Source: a virus
Direction: 5' to 3' (one strand)
UHGV virus genome: UHGV-0038498
DNA: 64,000 nucleotides
In this document: positions 15,703 to 24,856 of the stretch, piece after piece
Position numbering within the stretch: position 1 is the stretch's first letter
How the letters are laid out: the number at the start of each line of letters is the position of its first letter
The notes under the pieces: generated by a model
Database searches by the model: none
Seen by the model: the letters and a program-made list of their open reading frames with translations, nothing else
What the model was told of the DNA's origin: nothing
Position numbers and translations under genes: made by a program

Positions 15703-16326
15703 ATGATTATTAATCTTGCAGATGTTGAACAGTTATCTATAAAAGCTGAAAGTGTCGATTTTCAATATGATATGTATAAAAAGGTCTGTGAAAAATTTAC
15801 TGACTTTGAACAGTCAGTTCTTTGGCAATGTATGGAAGCCAAAAAGAATGAAGCTCTTCATCAGCAGTTGAATAAAATCGTTAAAAAGCATTTAACTAAA
15901 TCACCTTATCAGCTATATCGTGGTATATCAAAATCTACAAAAGAACTCATTAAAGATTTACAAGTCGGAGAAGTGTTTTCAACGAACAGAGTAGATTCAT
16001 TTACTACTAGTTTGCATACAGCATGTGGTTTTTCTTATGTTGAATATTCCACTGAAATAATATTTCGCTTAAAAACTGATAAAGCTTTTAATTACTCTGA
16101 CCATATCAGCGATATTATACTTTCTTCTCCTAATACTGAGTTTAAGTATACATATGAAGATACTGATGGATTAGATTCAGAACGTACTGATAACTTAATG
16201 ATGATTGTACGTGAACAAGAATGGATGATTCCAATTGGAAAGTATAAAATAACTTCTATTTCAAAAGAAAAATTACACGATTCGTTTGGAACATTTAAAG
16301 TGTATGATATTGAGGTAGTTGAATGA
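15703..16326 (+). CDS. modB: ADP-ribosyltransferase, ModB-like (R-S-E class)
   Basis: 207 aa; LYRG (Arg), STS and EQEWMIP (Glu) motifs in the order typical of Arg-specific mono-ADP-ribosyltransferases; T4 ModB is 207 aa. Confidence 0.65.
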   Translation: MIINLADVEQLSIKAESVDFQYDMYKKVCEKFTDFEQSVLWQCMEAKKNEALHQQLNKIVKKHLTKSPYQLYRGISKSTKELIKDLQVGEVFSTNRVDSFTTSLHTACGFSYVEYSTEIIFRLKTDKAFNYSDHISDIILSSPNTEFKYTYEDTDGLDSERTDNLMMIVREQEWMIPIGKYKITSISKEKLHDSFGTFKVYDIEVVE

Positions 16327-16925
16327 AATATTCAGCAATGCAATTAAAAGATTTTAAAATCAAATCAATGGATGCATCTGTGCGTGCTTCTATTCGTGAA
16401 GAATTACTTTCTGAAGGATTTAATTTATCCGAAATTGAACTTTTAATTCATTGTATTACTAATAAGCCAGACGATCATTCTTGGTTAAATGAAATAATCA
16501 AATCTCGTTTGGTTCCAAACGATAAACCTCTTTGGAGAGGTGTTCCAGTTGAGACTAAACAGGTGTTAAATCAAGGAATTGATATTATTACATTTGATAA
16601 AGTAGTATCAGCTTCATATGATAAAAATATAGCTCTACATTTTGCTTCTGGATTAGAATACAACACACAAGTTATTTTTGAATTCAAAGCTCCTATGGTG
16701 TTTAATTTCCAGGAGTATGCTATAAAAGCTCTACGTTGTAAAGAATATAGTCCAAGTTTTAAGTTTCCAGATAGCCATCGCTATCGTAATATGGAATTAG
16801 TTTCAGATGAACAAGAAGTAATGATACCAGCTGGAAGTGTATTTAGAATTGCGGATAGATATGAGTATAAAAAGTATTCAACATACACTATCTATACTCT
16901 TGACTTTGAAGGATTTAATTTATAA
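16323..16925 (+). CDS. modA: ADP-ribosyltransferase, ModA-like (paralogue of the preceding gene)
   Basis: 200 aa; LWRG, SAS and EQEVMIP motifs; T4 ModA is 200 aa; ATGA overlap with previous gene. Confidence 0.65.
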   Translation: MKYSAMQLKDFKIKSMDASVRASIREELLSEGFNLSEIELLIHCITNKPDDHSWLNEIIKSRLVPNDKPLWRGVPVETKQVLNQGIDIITFDKVVSASYDKNIALHFASGLEYNTQVIFEFKAPMVFNFQEYAIKALRCKEYSPSFKFPDSHRYRNMELVSDEQEVMIPAGSVFRIADRYEYKKYSTYTIYTLDFEGFNL

Positions 16926-16977
16926 TGGAAGGACTTAGATTCATTATACCATGAAAGTTTTAAAGCATTTTTCATAA

Positions 16978-17015
16978 AGTTGTTTACAAGCTGAAGTAAA
17001 AATGTTATAGTATAA
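16978..17015 (+). promoter_or_regulatory. Early promoter (-35 GTTTAC 16982-16987, -10 TATAGT 17006-17011)
   Basis: GTTTAC-N18-TATAGT. Confidence 0.5.
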
Positions 17016-17041
17016 GTAGTTAACCCGTCCGTGAGAAAAAT

Positions 17042-17788
17042 ATGAAACTGACTAATAATCAAATTCGTAAAATTAAACGTCGTCTAGAGCATACTCAGGC
17101 ATCTGCTAAAAGACGTTCTAAAGATTTTAACTTAGACTTCAATTACATTAAGAACATTTTAGATCAGAAAGTTTGCGCTTACTCTGGAGAACCTTTTGAT
17201 AATCGTATTGAAGGAGAGAAATTATCATTAGAACGTTTTGATAATAACGTTGGATACATTAAAGGGAATGTTATTGCAGTAAAGAAAAAGTATAATACAT
17301 TTCGTTCTGATTATACTTTAGAAGAGTTGATTGAAAAGCGTGATTTATTTGCTTTGCGAATTGGTCGTTCATCTGCGAAAAAAGTTCATAAACTAAATTT
17401 AGATGAAAAGAAATGGGCTAAAATCAAAAAGACTTATAATCAAATTAAAGCTATACAGAAAAAACGTGAAAACCGAATTGAACACATTTCTCAGCTTTCT
17501 AAATTAAAACAAACCTCTGACATTAAGCTAACGATTATAGCACTCAAAGCTCGTATTGATGGTTCTCGTATAGCAGAAGGCGCTGAAGTTGTTAAATTGA
17601 ACGTTCTTCTTAAAGGCTCAGATTGGAAAACTGTGAAAAAGTTATCAGAAGCAGAAATGCAATATGATATGTGTGATAAAATTATTCAAGGTGTAGAGCG
17701 GTATCAAAACTTGTCTTTTATTGATAAACTTAAACTGAAAAGAGGATACCCGCTAAATTGTTCAATTTTTAAACTTATCCGAGGATAA
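17042..17788 (+). CDS. srd: Srd-like protein (postulated decoy of sigma-70/sigma-S region)
   Basis: 248 aa basic protein at the T4 srd position between modA and dda.1. Confidence 0.6.
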   Translation: MKLTNNQIRKIKRRLEHTQASAKRRSKDFNLDFNYIKNILDQKVCAYSGEPFDNRIEGEKLSLERFDNNVGYIKGNVIAVKKKYNTFRSDYTLEELIEKRDLFALRIGRSSAKKVHKLNLDEKKWAKIKKTYNQIKAIQKKRENRIEHISQLSKLKQTSDIKLTIIALKARIDGSRIAEGAEVVKLNVLLKGSDWKTVKKLSEAEMQYDMCDKIIQGVERYQNLSFIDKLKLKRGYPLNCSIFKLIRG

Positions 17789-17789
17789 T

Positions 17790-18101
17790 ATGTTTTATGT
17801 ATATGCGATAGTTTATAGAGATAAAGATGGATTTACGGCGCCTGTTCCGCTTGATGAACATCGTCCTGCTGTATTTTTTGAAAGGGAGATTGCTGATAAA
17901 GTATTTACCACTCTTAAAGAGCAGTATCGACTAGCTTTAGGTATGGGACTTCCGAGATTAGTTGAGACTCCACGCAAGTTTTGGTTTAATAAAATAGAAG
18001 TTAAACATGTTAAGCCTGATGTAGATACACAAAGATTATATCGGCGAATTTTAGATACTGGGCGTATTGTTAGTATACCAATTGCAGGGAATTTACGATG
18101 A
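17790..18101 (+). CDS. Hypothetical protein (dda.1 position)
   Basis: 103 aa ORF; 4-nt overlap with dda. Confidence 0.5.
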   Translation: MFYVYAIVYRDKDGFTAPVPLDEHRPAVFFEREIADKVFTTLKEQYRLALGMGLPRLVETPRKFWFNKIEVKHVKPDVDTQRLYRRILDTGRIVSIPIAGNLR

Positions 18102-19417
18102 CATTTGATGATTTGACCGAAGGCCAGAAAAATGCCTTTAACATCGTTATGAGGGCTATTAAAGAAAAGAAACATCATGTAACTATTAATGGACCTGCTG
18201 GTACTGGTAAGACTACTCTTACTAAGTTCATCATTGAAGCCTTAATATCTACGGGCGAAACTGGCATTATTTTAGCAGCTCCTACTCATGCAGCTAAAAA
18301 GATTCTTTCAAAACTGTCAGGGAAAGAAGCGAGTACTATTCACAGTATTCTCAAAATTAACCCGGTAACATATGAAGAAAACGTTCTTTTTGAACAAAAG
18401 GAAGTGCCAGATTTAGCTAAATGCAGAGTATTAATCTGCGACGAAGTGTCAATGTATGATAGAAAGCTATTTAAAATTCTGCTTTCAACTATCCCGCCGT
18501 GGTGTACTATAATTGGAATAGGCGATAATAAGCAAATTAGACCTGTTGACCCAGGAGAAAATACTGCTTATATCAGTCCGTTCTTTACACATAAAGATTT
18601 TTATCAGTGTGAACTCACTGAAGTTAAACGCAGTAATGCTCCTATTATTGATGTAGCTACTGATGTTCGCAACGGTAAGTGGATTTATGATAAAGTTGTT
18701 GACGGGCATGGAGTACGTGGATTTACGGGTGATACCGCTTTACGCGATTTTATGGTAAATTATTTTTCAATCGTAAAATCGCTAGATGATTTGTTTGAAA
18801 ATCGCGTAATGGCATTTACGAATAAATCTGTTGATAAGTTAAATAGCATTATTCGCAAAAAGATTTTTGAAACTGATAAAGATTTTATCGTTGGCGAAAT
18901 TATTGTAATGCAGGAACCATTAATTAAAACATATAAAATTGATGGAAAGCCTGTGTCAGAAATTATTTTTAATAACGGACAATTAGTTCGTATTATAGAA
19001 GCAGAGTATACATCAACATTTGTTAAAGCTCGTGGTGTTTCTGGAGAATATCTAATTCGTCATTGGGATTTAACAGTAGAAACTTACGGCGATGATGAAT
19101 ATTATCGTGAAAAGATTAAAATAATTTCATCTGATGAAGAGCTGTATAAGTTTAACTTATTTTTAGGTAAAACGGCAGAAACTTATAAAAATTGGAATAA
19201 AGGTGGAAAAGCTCCGTGGAGTGATTTTTGGGATGCTAAATCACAGTTTAGTAAAGTGAAAGCACTTCCTGCATCAACATTCCACAAAGCTCAGGGCATG
19301 TCTGTAGACCGTGCTTTCATCTATACGCCTTGTATTCATTATGCAGATGCTGAATTGGCTCAGCAGCTTCTTTATGTTGGTGTCACTCGTGGTCGTTATG
19401 ATGTGTTTTATGTGTGA
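18098..19417 (+). CDS. dda: Dda DNA helicase (SF1B)
   Basis: 439 aa MTFDDLTEGQKNAFNIVMRAIKEKKHHVTINGPAGTGKTTLTKFIIEAL...; Walker A GPAGTGKTT; T4 Dda length and sequence. Confidence 0.92.
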   Translation: MTFDDLTEGQKNAFNIVMRAIKEKKHHVTINGPAGTGKTTLTKFIIEALISTGETGIILAAPTHAAKKILSKLSGKEASTIHSILKINPVTYEENVLFEQKEVPDLAKCRVLICDEVSMYDRKLFKILLSTIPPWCTIIGIGDNKQIRPVDPGENTAYISPFFTHKDFYQCELTEVKRSNAPIIDVATDVRNGKWIYDKVVDGHGVRGFTGDTALRDFMVNYFSIVKSLDDLFENRVMAFTNKSVDKLNSIIRKKIFETDKDFIVGEIIVMQEPLIKTYKIDGKPVSEIIFNNGQLVRIIEAEYTSTFVKARGVSGEYLIRHWDLTVETYGDDEYYREKIKIISSDEELYKFNLFLGKTAETYKNWNKGGKAPWSDFWDAKSQFSKVKALPASTFHKAQGMSVDRAFIYTPCIHYADAELAQQLLYVGVTRGRYDVFYV

Positions 19418-19423
19418 GGATAT

Positions 19424-19684
19424 ATGATTAACATCAATTCAAAATATTTAAATCGTCTAATAGATGGTATAAAGAAGCATACTGATAAGCAAGATAACCT
19501 CAGTGTTATGGTAACAGGAGCTGAGCTCCTTTATAAGCTTAATCTTATAAGTGATACTATACTAGCAATTAAACGAATTGAAAAACAATCATATCATAGT
19601 AATACAGACACGGTAATTACATTAGATGAAAGTGTCTGTAAGCTGCTGATTAAATTTGAGGAAGCTATTCGTGGAAATAACTAA
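19424..19684 (+). CDS. Hypothetical protein (dexA.2-like position)
   Basis: 86 aa ORF. Confidence 0.45.
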   Translation: MININSKYLNRLIDGIKKHTDKQDNLSVMVTGAELLYKLNLISDTILAIKRIEKQSYHSNTDTVITLDESVCKLLIKFEEAIRGNN

Positions 19685-19916
19685 AGATCAGTTTTATCTG
19701 CTTCAAGATAAAGTGAGTGAAATTTATGAAATAGCTTATAGTAAAAATCGCAAAAACGTGAAAATTGAATCAGGCAAGTTAATGCTTCAATTGGAAGAAA
19801 TTGAACGAGATTTGATTGCGTTAGAATTCTTTTGTGGTGAAGTGAAAACTGTTACAATCAGTGATTATGTTTTAGGTGAAATTAGCCATCTTTATAAGGC
19901 GGTTATTAATGATTGA
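19656..19916 (+). CDS. Hypothetical protein, paralogue of next ORF
   Basis: 86 aa; shares ...EEIERDLIALEFF...VTISDYVLGEISHLYK... pattern with 19876..20151. Confidence 0.4.
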   Translation: MRKLFVEITKDQFYLLQDKVSEIYEIAYSKNRKNVKIESGKLMLQLEEIERDLIALEFFCGEVKTVTISDYVLGEISHLYKAVIND

Positions 19917-20151
19917 ATTAAGTTTGCATCAGTTTAAATCTCTTATGGCAAATGTTAAAGCTGTCATTCAAGAAAATCCAGGACCTGATAATGTTACTAT
20001 TCGCGAAAAAGCTTTAAAGATAGTATACAGTCTTGAAGAGATACAAAAAGATATTGAATCTATGGCAAAATTTATTGATGAGCCCATTAATAAAGTTTAT
20101 ATCCAAGATTATACTGTAGGTCAAATTCGCGATTTAGCGAGGAAAATTTAA
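19876..20151 (+). CDS. Hypothetical protein, paralogue of previous ORF
   Basis: 91 aa; ...EEIQKDIESMAKFI...VYIQDYTVGQIRDLARK... Confidence 0.4.
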   Translation: MKLAIFIRRLLMIELSLHQFKSLMANVKAVIQENPGPDNVTIREKALKIVYSLEEIQKDIESMAKFIDEPINKVYIQDYTVGQIRDLARKI

Positions 20152-20834
20152 TGTTTGATTTTATTATAGATTTTGAAACAATGGGAAGCGGTGAAAAGGC
20201 AGCTGTTATTGATTTGGCTGTTATTGCCTTTGACCCTAATCCAGAAGTAGTTGAAACATTTGATGAATTAGTTTCACGCGGCATTAAAATCAAGTTTGAT
20301 TTAAAAAGCCAAAAAGGACATCGTCTTTTTACTAAAAGCACTATCGAATGGTGGAAAAATCAATCTCCTGAAGCTCGAAAAAATATTGCACCATCAGATG
20401 AAGATGTAAGCATTATCGATGGTATTGCAAAATTTAATGATTACATCAATGCGCATAATATCGATCCTTGGAAATCTCAGGGCTGGTGCCGTGGAATGTC
20501 ATTTGATTTTCCAATTTTAGTTGATCTCATTCGTGATATTCAACGTCTTAATGGTGTATCTGAGAATGAGCTTGATACGTTTAAGTTAGAACCTTGTAAA
20601 TTCTGGAATCAGCGTGATATTCGTACCAGAATTGAAGCACTTCTGCTTGTTCGTGATATGACTACATGTCCTCTTCCAAAGGGAACTTTAGATGGATTCG
20701 TTGCACATGATTCTATTCATGACTGTGCGAAAGACATCCTGATGATGAAGTATGCTTTGCGATATGCTATGGGTCTTGAAGATGCTCCGTCAGAGGAAGA
20801 GTGCGATCCTCTGTCTCTTCCAACAAAACGATAA
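20151..20834 (+). CDS. dexA: Exonuclease A (DnaQ-like 3'-5' exonuclease) DexA
   Basis: 227 aa MFDFIIDFETMGSGEKAAVIDLAVIAF...; DEDD-type exonuclease motif (DFETMG); T4 DexA length. Confidence 0.85.
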   Translation: MFDFIIDFETMGSGEKAAVIDLAVIAFDPNPEVVETFDELVSRGIKIKFDLKSQKGHRLFTKSTIEWWKNQSPEARKNIAPSDEDVSIIDGIAKFNDYINAHNIDPWKSQGWCRGMSFDFPILVDLIRDIQRLNGVSENELDTFKLEPCKFWNQRDIRTRIEALLLVRDMTTCPLPKGTLDGFVAHDSIHDCAKDILMMKYALRYAMGLEDAPSEEECDPLSLPTKR

Positions 20835-20837
20835 AAA

Positions 20838-20872
20838 GTTGTTTACTTCCTCGGTTAGTTGTGGTATTATAA
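20838..20872 (+). promoter_or_regulatory. Early promoter (-35 GTTTAC 20841-20846, -10 TATTAT 20865-20870)
   Basis: GTTTAC-N18-TATTAT. Confidence 0.5.
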
Positions 20873-20897
20873 CACCATAGCTACTGAGGATAATAAA

Positions 20898-21398
20898 ATG
20901 AAAATTTATCGTGTTGAATCATCGTTTAGTATTCTTGATTATGAAGATGCTATAACAATACGTCGAAATCTTTGTGTTCAAATAACGCCGTACAGGAGTA
21001 TAATAGATTCATGGAGCGAAGAGTGGCTATTACGTGTAGGTTATAGTAGACCTAATTTTATGCATCATAGCGATGATAATAAAAGAATTCCTGTACCACA
21101 TGAAGATAAACTATTAGTTAAAAACGCTAATATAGTAATTAATACTAAGTTCAATAAAGATTATGTTGGAGTAGAATATCATATTCCAGGATGGTTTATA
21201 GCTCTTTATCATTTTGCTTTCGCTAGCGAATATGATATGATGAGATGGTTCACACGAGAAGAGCGTGAAGAATTATCTTCTAAAGGATTTTATCTTGCTG
21301 TATACGAAGTGCCAGATGACCAAGTTATCATTGGCGGACACCAAGTAATGTTCCGTAAATCCCATGCTGAACTTGTAGATTTTATTGAAATGAGATAA
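20898..21398 (+). CDS. Hypothetical protein
   Basis: ATG 20898 preceded by CTGAGGATAA (MKIYRVESSFSILDYEDAITIRRNL...); the track start 20859 lies inside the promoter -10. Confidence 0.5.
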   Translation: MKIYRVESSFSILDYEDAITIRRNLCVQITPYRSIIDSWSEEWLLRVGYSRPNFMHHSDDNKRIPVPHEDKLLVKNANIVINTKFNKDYVGVEYHIPGWFIALYHFAFASEYDMMRWFTREEREELSSKGFYLAVYEVPDDQVIIGGHQVMFRKSHAELVDFIEMR

Positions 21399-21400
21399 TT

Positions 21401-21943
21401 ATGAAATTTAATTATAATTCTGAATACACCCCAAATCCTATAGATAAAATATTTGATATGGATATAGCAAGCATGTACGGCACTCTTGTTAAACCATTAG
21501 AAATTAAGGAAACCTTTATGACTGCTCGGACCATCGAAATTGGCAAAACCTACAAACTGGTTGAAACTGAAATTAAAACTACTGAACTAAGTTTGGGTTA
21601 TAAAGCATTGACCAGTGTTTTGGGTGAAGGTGAGTTTGCGGTTAAAAGTTTTTCAAAAAGTAATTGGCATGATAAGAATAAAGCTTATGTGATTCGAGCA
21701 CAACGCTTAGATAATGATGAAGTAATTAAAACTATAGTCTTTGAAGCAGAGCTTATCCTTTTCCAAGAATGCGATCCTACTGACCTTCTAACTCGTGCTG
21801 TAGCTATCAAAACCCCATTTATTTCGGTCTGTGGCTGGGTAACAGACCAGTGGATTGAAGATGGCGTTGAACTTCTGAACGTTGTTCATGCAGGTGATTT
21901 TAGTGTAGTACCTCGTAGTGCAGTGGTAGCTATTTTGAATTAA
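21401..21943 (+). CDS. MotB-like family protein (paralogue 1)
   Basis: 180 aa; C-terminal block WVTDQWIEDGVELLNVVHAGDFSVVP shared with the next two genes. Confidence 0.5.
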   Translation: MKFNYNSEYTPNPIDKIFDMDIASMYGTLVKPLEIKETFMTARTIEIGKTYKLVETEIKTTELSLGYKALTSVLGEGEFAVKSFSKSNWHDKNKAYVIRAQRLDNDEVIKTIVFEAELILFQECDPTDLLTRAVAIKTPFISVCGWVTDQWIEDGVELLNVVHAGDFSVVPRSAVVAILN

Positions 21944-21980
21944 TAGTTTACAAACTCTTGGGACCAGAGTATAATGGTCC
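21943..21980 (+). promoter_or_regulatory. Early promoter (-35 GTTTAC 21946-21951, -10 TATAAT 21970-21975) with inverted repeat GGACCA/TGGTCC enclosing the -10
   Basis: GTTTAC-N18-TATAAT; palindrome arms 21961-21966 and 21975-21980. Confidence 0.5.
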
Positions 21981-22019
21981 TGTGGAGTATAAAATCTTTT
22001 TAACAAGTGAGAGATAACT

Positions 22020-22508
22020 ATGATTATTAATATTGGTGAATTAGCTCGTGTATCTGATAAATCCCGTTCTAAAGCAGCAGGAAAATTGGTCGAAATTGTA
22101 AGCATTCAGCTTAAACATGGCGTTAAAGATGAAGATTCTGAAGTAAAAGTGCGTATCATTCCTAAAGATGGAAAGTCTAAACCTCAGTTTGGCTATGTTC
22201 GTGCGAAATTTCTTGAGTCTGCGTTTTTGAAAGCTGTTCCTGCTAAAGGAATTGAAACGATTGATACTTCGCATGTAGGTGTAGACTTTAAGTGGAAACT
22301 CGGTCAGGCTATTAAGTTCATTGCTCCTTGTGAATTTAAATTTATCAAAGATGATGGTTTGGCTGTTTATACTCGTGCTATGTGTGCATACATTACCGAC
22401 CAGTGGGTAGAAGACGGTGTTAAGCTGTATAATGTGGTATTTTTAGGAACATACAAAGTCATTCCTGAAAGCTGGATTAAACACTATAGCAAAGCTCTCT
22501 ATGCATAA
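22020..22508 (+). CDS. motB: Probable MotB (DNA-binding early protein), 162 aa
   Basis: Length equals T4 MotB; N-terminal SRSKAAGKLVEIVS and C-terminal ITDQWVEDGVKLYNVVFLG blocks; located between dexA and gene 39 as in T4. Confidence 0.5.
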   Translation: MIINIGELARVSDKSRSKAAGKLVEIVSIQLKHGVKDEDSEVKVRIIPKDGKSKPQFGYVRAKFLESAFLKAVPAKGIETIDTSHVGVDFKWKLGQAIKFIAPCEFKFIKDDGLAVYTRAMCAYITDQWVEDGVKLYNVVFLGTYKVIPESWIKHYSKALYA

Positions 22509-22524
22509 AGTTTAAGGAATTATT

Positions 22525-22944
22525 ATGAATATTGTAAATCTATCTACTGGTGATTACGTATATGTATCCGTTGCTTCTCGTTCTAAAGTTGCAGGAAAGC
22601 TGGTTGAAGTTCTTTCTGTAAGTGATCCAGTTTTTGGTCGTAACGAGGTTAAAGTTCGTGACGCTGATGGTAACATTGGTTATGTCTCAAGCCAATTCAT
22701 TGAGCCAGAAGAAAGCGCGTTTAAATGGAAACTTTGTTCTTCAGTTTTAGTTGTAAAAGACCATAAATTCACAATTGCGGCAGCAACAGATGGAACTCCA
22801 TGGACAACGAATCAAGTCGCTGGTTTTATTTCGGACCGTTGGGTAGAAGATGGCGTCAAGCTCTACAATATTGTTTTTGCAGGCCAGTTCATGGTAGTTC
22901 CTGAATTCCAAATTAAAAAATGGTGCGAAGCAGCTTTAGCATAA
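22525..22944 (+). CDS. MotB-like family protein (paralogue 3)
   Basis: 139 aa; SRSKVAGKLVEVLSV and ISDRWVEDGVKLYNIVFAG blocks shared with 22020..22508. Confidence 0.5.
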   Translation: MNIVNLSTGDYVYVSVASRSKVAGKLVEVLSVSDPVFGRNEVKVRDADGNIGYVSSQFIEPEESAFKWKLCSSVLVVKDHKFTIAAATDGTPWTTNQVAGFISDRWVEDGVKLYNIVFAGQFMVVPEFQIKKWCEAALA

Positions 22945-22978
22945 ATTTGCATAAAGCTTAAAATTTTTTCATAAAACT

Positions 22979-23030
22979 ATATACATCAGTAGTTGATTAT
23001 GGTACTATATCAATATCAACTACTGATACA
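22979..23030 (+). promoter_or_regulatory. Promoter-like element with degenerate -35 and -10 TACTAT (23003-23008) flanked by a 13 bp perfect inverted repeat (22985-22997 / 23015-23027)
   Basis: ATCAGTAGTTGAT ... ATCAACTACTGAT arms around TGGTACTATAT; shares downstream leader with other cassettes. Confidence 0.35.
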
Positions 23031-23051
23031 GAAAACAACTTGGAGAATAAA

Positions 23052-23321
23052 ATGGAAAACTTAATTATCATCGAACAATCTTTCAACGATTATGGTATGG
23101 CTTATGGTTATCGTGCGATAATGGAAGATTCTCGTGGATGTGTTATCGATATTGCAGAATGTAAAGATTTACTGCAGCTTTTGAAGATTGTTCGCAAAAA
23201 TTGGGATTGTGAAAACATTAAAGCTCGTGTTGTAACGGAAGAAGAAACTGTTTTTCATGATGTAAAATTCGCCAAAGGTGCTGCTACTCTTCTGAAACGC
23301 ATCGCTCCACTGTTCAATTAA
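23052..23321 (+). CDS. Hypothetical protein
   Basis: ATG 23052 after GGAGAATAAA (MENLIIIEQSFNDYGMAYGYRAIMEDSRG...). Confidence 0.5.
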   Translation: MENLIIIEQSFNDYGMAYGYRAIMEDSRGCVIDIAECKDLLQLLKIVRKNWDCENIKARVVTEEETVFHDVKFAKGAATLLKRIAPLFN

Positions 23322-23334
23322 TGAGGAAATTGTA

Positions 23335-23550
23335 ATGAAACGTAAAACTGTTCAGAAATGCACTAATGACGAATTTGAAGATGTATTATTCGATCCAGAT
23401 TTGGTAGTAGTTCAAAAGGAACACACTGCTAAGTTTACTCACTTGACTTCGGTTTATGTGTATGAAAAGGTTGGTGATAAACAACCAATTTACGGTGTAT
23501 TTCGTGAAATTACTGAAGACGGTACAACTTACTGGAAGGAAATTTATTAA
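23335..23550 (+). CDS. Hypothetical protein (71 aa; cef-sized, identity not confirmed)
   Basis: ORF with GAGGAAATTGTA upstream. Confidence 0.45.
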   Translation: MKRKTVQKCTNDEFEDVLFDPDLVVVQKEHTAKFTHLTSVYVYEKVGDKQPIYGVFREITEDGTTYWKEIY

Positions 23551-23969
23551 TGGCTATTAGATTTGAAGTTAATAAATGGTATCAATTTAAAAATAAACAA
23601 GCTCAAGAAGCTTTTATTAAAGACCATACTGATAACGGAATCTATGCGCGCCGTTTAGGTATGCATCCTTTTAAAATTTTAGATGCTGACCATCTTGGTC
23701 GTCCTACTAAAATTATGTCATTTACTGGCACAATTGGATATGCAAAACATGGTGATATCCTTGATGAAAACTTTATCTGGCTTTCTACTAACGAAGCTGA
23801 GTTCTTTGATGAAGTTGAAAATCCATATCAGGCAGCTGAAGAGCAAGAGCAGGAAGAGCAAGAACAAATAGAAGATTTCACAGCATTTCCTGTCATGAAA
23901 GTTACTATTGAAAATAATGAACAGGCATGGTCCTTGTATCAGATGTTGAAAGCACACTTTAAGGAATAA
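23550..23969 (+). CDS. Hypothetical protein with acidic EQEQEEQEQ tract (goF-position)
   Basis: 139 aa ORF, ATGA-type overlap with upstream gene. Confidence 0.5.
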   Translation: MAIRFEVNKWYQFKNKQAQEAFIKDHTDNGIYARRLGMHPFKILDADHLGRPTKIMSFTGTIGYAKHGDILDENFIWLSTNEAEFFDEVENPYQAAEEQEQEEQEQIEDFTAFPVMKVTIENNEQAWSLYQMLKAHFKE

Positions 23970-23971
23970 TT

Positions 23972-24148
23972 ATGCCAATGTATGATTATAAATGCCAATC
24001 CGAAGATTGCGGGCATGAATATGAAAAAATTAAAAAGATTTCTGAACGAGAAAATGATGTTTGCCCTAAATGTCATCGTTTGTCTACTCGTCGGCCTTCT
24101 GCTCCTAAGCATGTGAATGGTGGATTTTACGACTTACTTAAAGGGTAA
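23972..24148 (+). CDS. Small zinc-ribbon protein (CxxC ... CxxC), FmdB-like
   Basis: 58 aa MPMYDYKCQSEDCGHEYEKIKKISERENDVCPKCHRLSTRRPSAPKHVNGGFYDLLKG. Confidence 0.45.
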   Translation: MPMYDYKCQSEDCGHEYEKIKKISERENDVCPKCHRLSTRRPSAPKHVNGGFYDLLKG

Positions 24149-24150
24149 TT

Positions 24151-24522
24151 ATGTTTAAAATTGGTAAGAAATATCGCATTCGTGAAGGTGAAGAACAGAA
24201 ATATCTACTTTCTGCTAGTAATAGGAATAGTTCTATTAATGCTGTAATATTGACTAGTGAATTTATCGTTGAAGATATGAAAGGTCATAATGTTACAATG
24301 ATTAGTACAGCATCTGGAAATGATGGAAAAATTCTTCATAGTTGTCAGAGTAATGTTCTAATTTATGATGAAGAATTTGACTTCTTTAAAGAAGTTTCCG
24401 AAGATTTTAATTTTGAATGTACTATTACTATGAAATCTGGTGACCCTCTTTCTTTTACAGTTAAAGATGAAAGAAGTCGCTTGAGAATTATTAGTCTTCT
24501 TCAAGCCATTAAATTTGAGTGA
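24151..24522 (+). CDS. Hypothetical protein
   Basis: 123 aa ORF. Confidence 0.5.
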   Translation: MFKIGKKYRIREGEEQKYLLSASNRNSSINAVILTSEFIVEDMKGHNVTMISTASGNDGKILHSCQSNVLIYDEEFDFFKEVSEDFNFECTITMKSGDPLSFTVKDERSRLRIISLLQAIKFE

Positions 24523-24526
24523 AATT

Positions 24527-24787
24527 ATGAAATATATTAATCGTTCTATCGCAGCATTAGTATTAGCAGTGTCTTTAGCAGGATGTACTGATGCTGATAA
24601 TGCAACCAAAGTTTTGTCTTCAAGCGGTTTTACTAATATTGAAATCACTGGATACAATTGGTTCGGTTGCTCTGAAAATGATTTCCAACATACTGGATTT
24701 CGCGCTATTGGACCTACCGGGCAGAAAGTAGAAGGAACCGTATGTTCTGGTCTATTCTTCAAGGATTCGACTATCCGTTTTAAATAA
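24527..24787 (+). CDS. Predicted lipoprotein (lipobox LAGC)
   Basis: 86 aa from ATG 24527: MKYINRSIAALVLAVSLAGCTDADNATKV... Confidence 0.5.
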   Translation: MKYINRSIAALVLAVSLAGCTDADNATKVLSSSGFTNIEITGYNWFGCSENDFQHTGFRAIGPTGQKVEGTVCSGLFFKDSTIRFK

Positions 24788-24810
24788 AAGGCCTTCGGGC
24801 CTTTAGCTTT
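24788..24810 (+). terminator. Terminator-like hairpin (AAGGCC-TTCG-GGCCTT)
   Basis: 6 bp stem with UUCG loop after the lipoprotein gene; weak T tract. Confidence 0.45.
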
Positions 24811-24856
24811 ATGATTACCGGAGTATAATATTCCCGAAACCAAACGAGGATAAGTG

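Noticed and set aside
23683-23957. ORFs 23683..23871 (+) and 23718..23957 (-) overlapping the 23550..23969 gene
   Set aside because: Alternative frames of the acidic EQEQEE repeat region; low complexity; the main frame has the SD and fits operon spacing.
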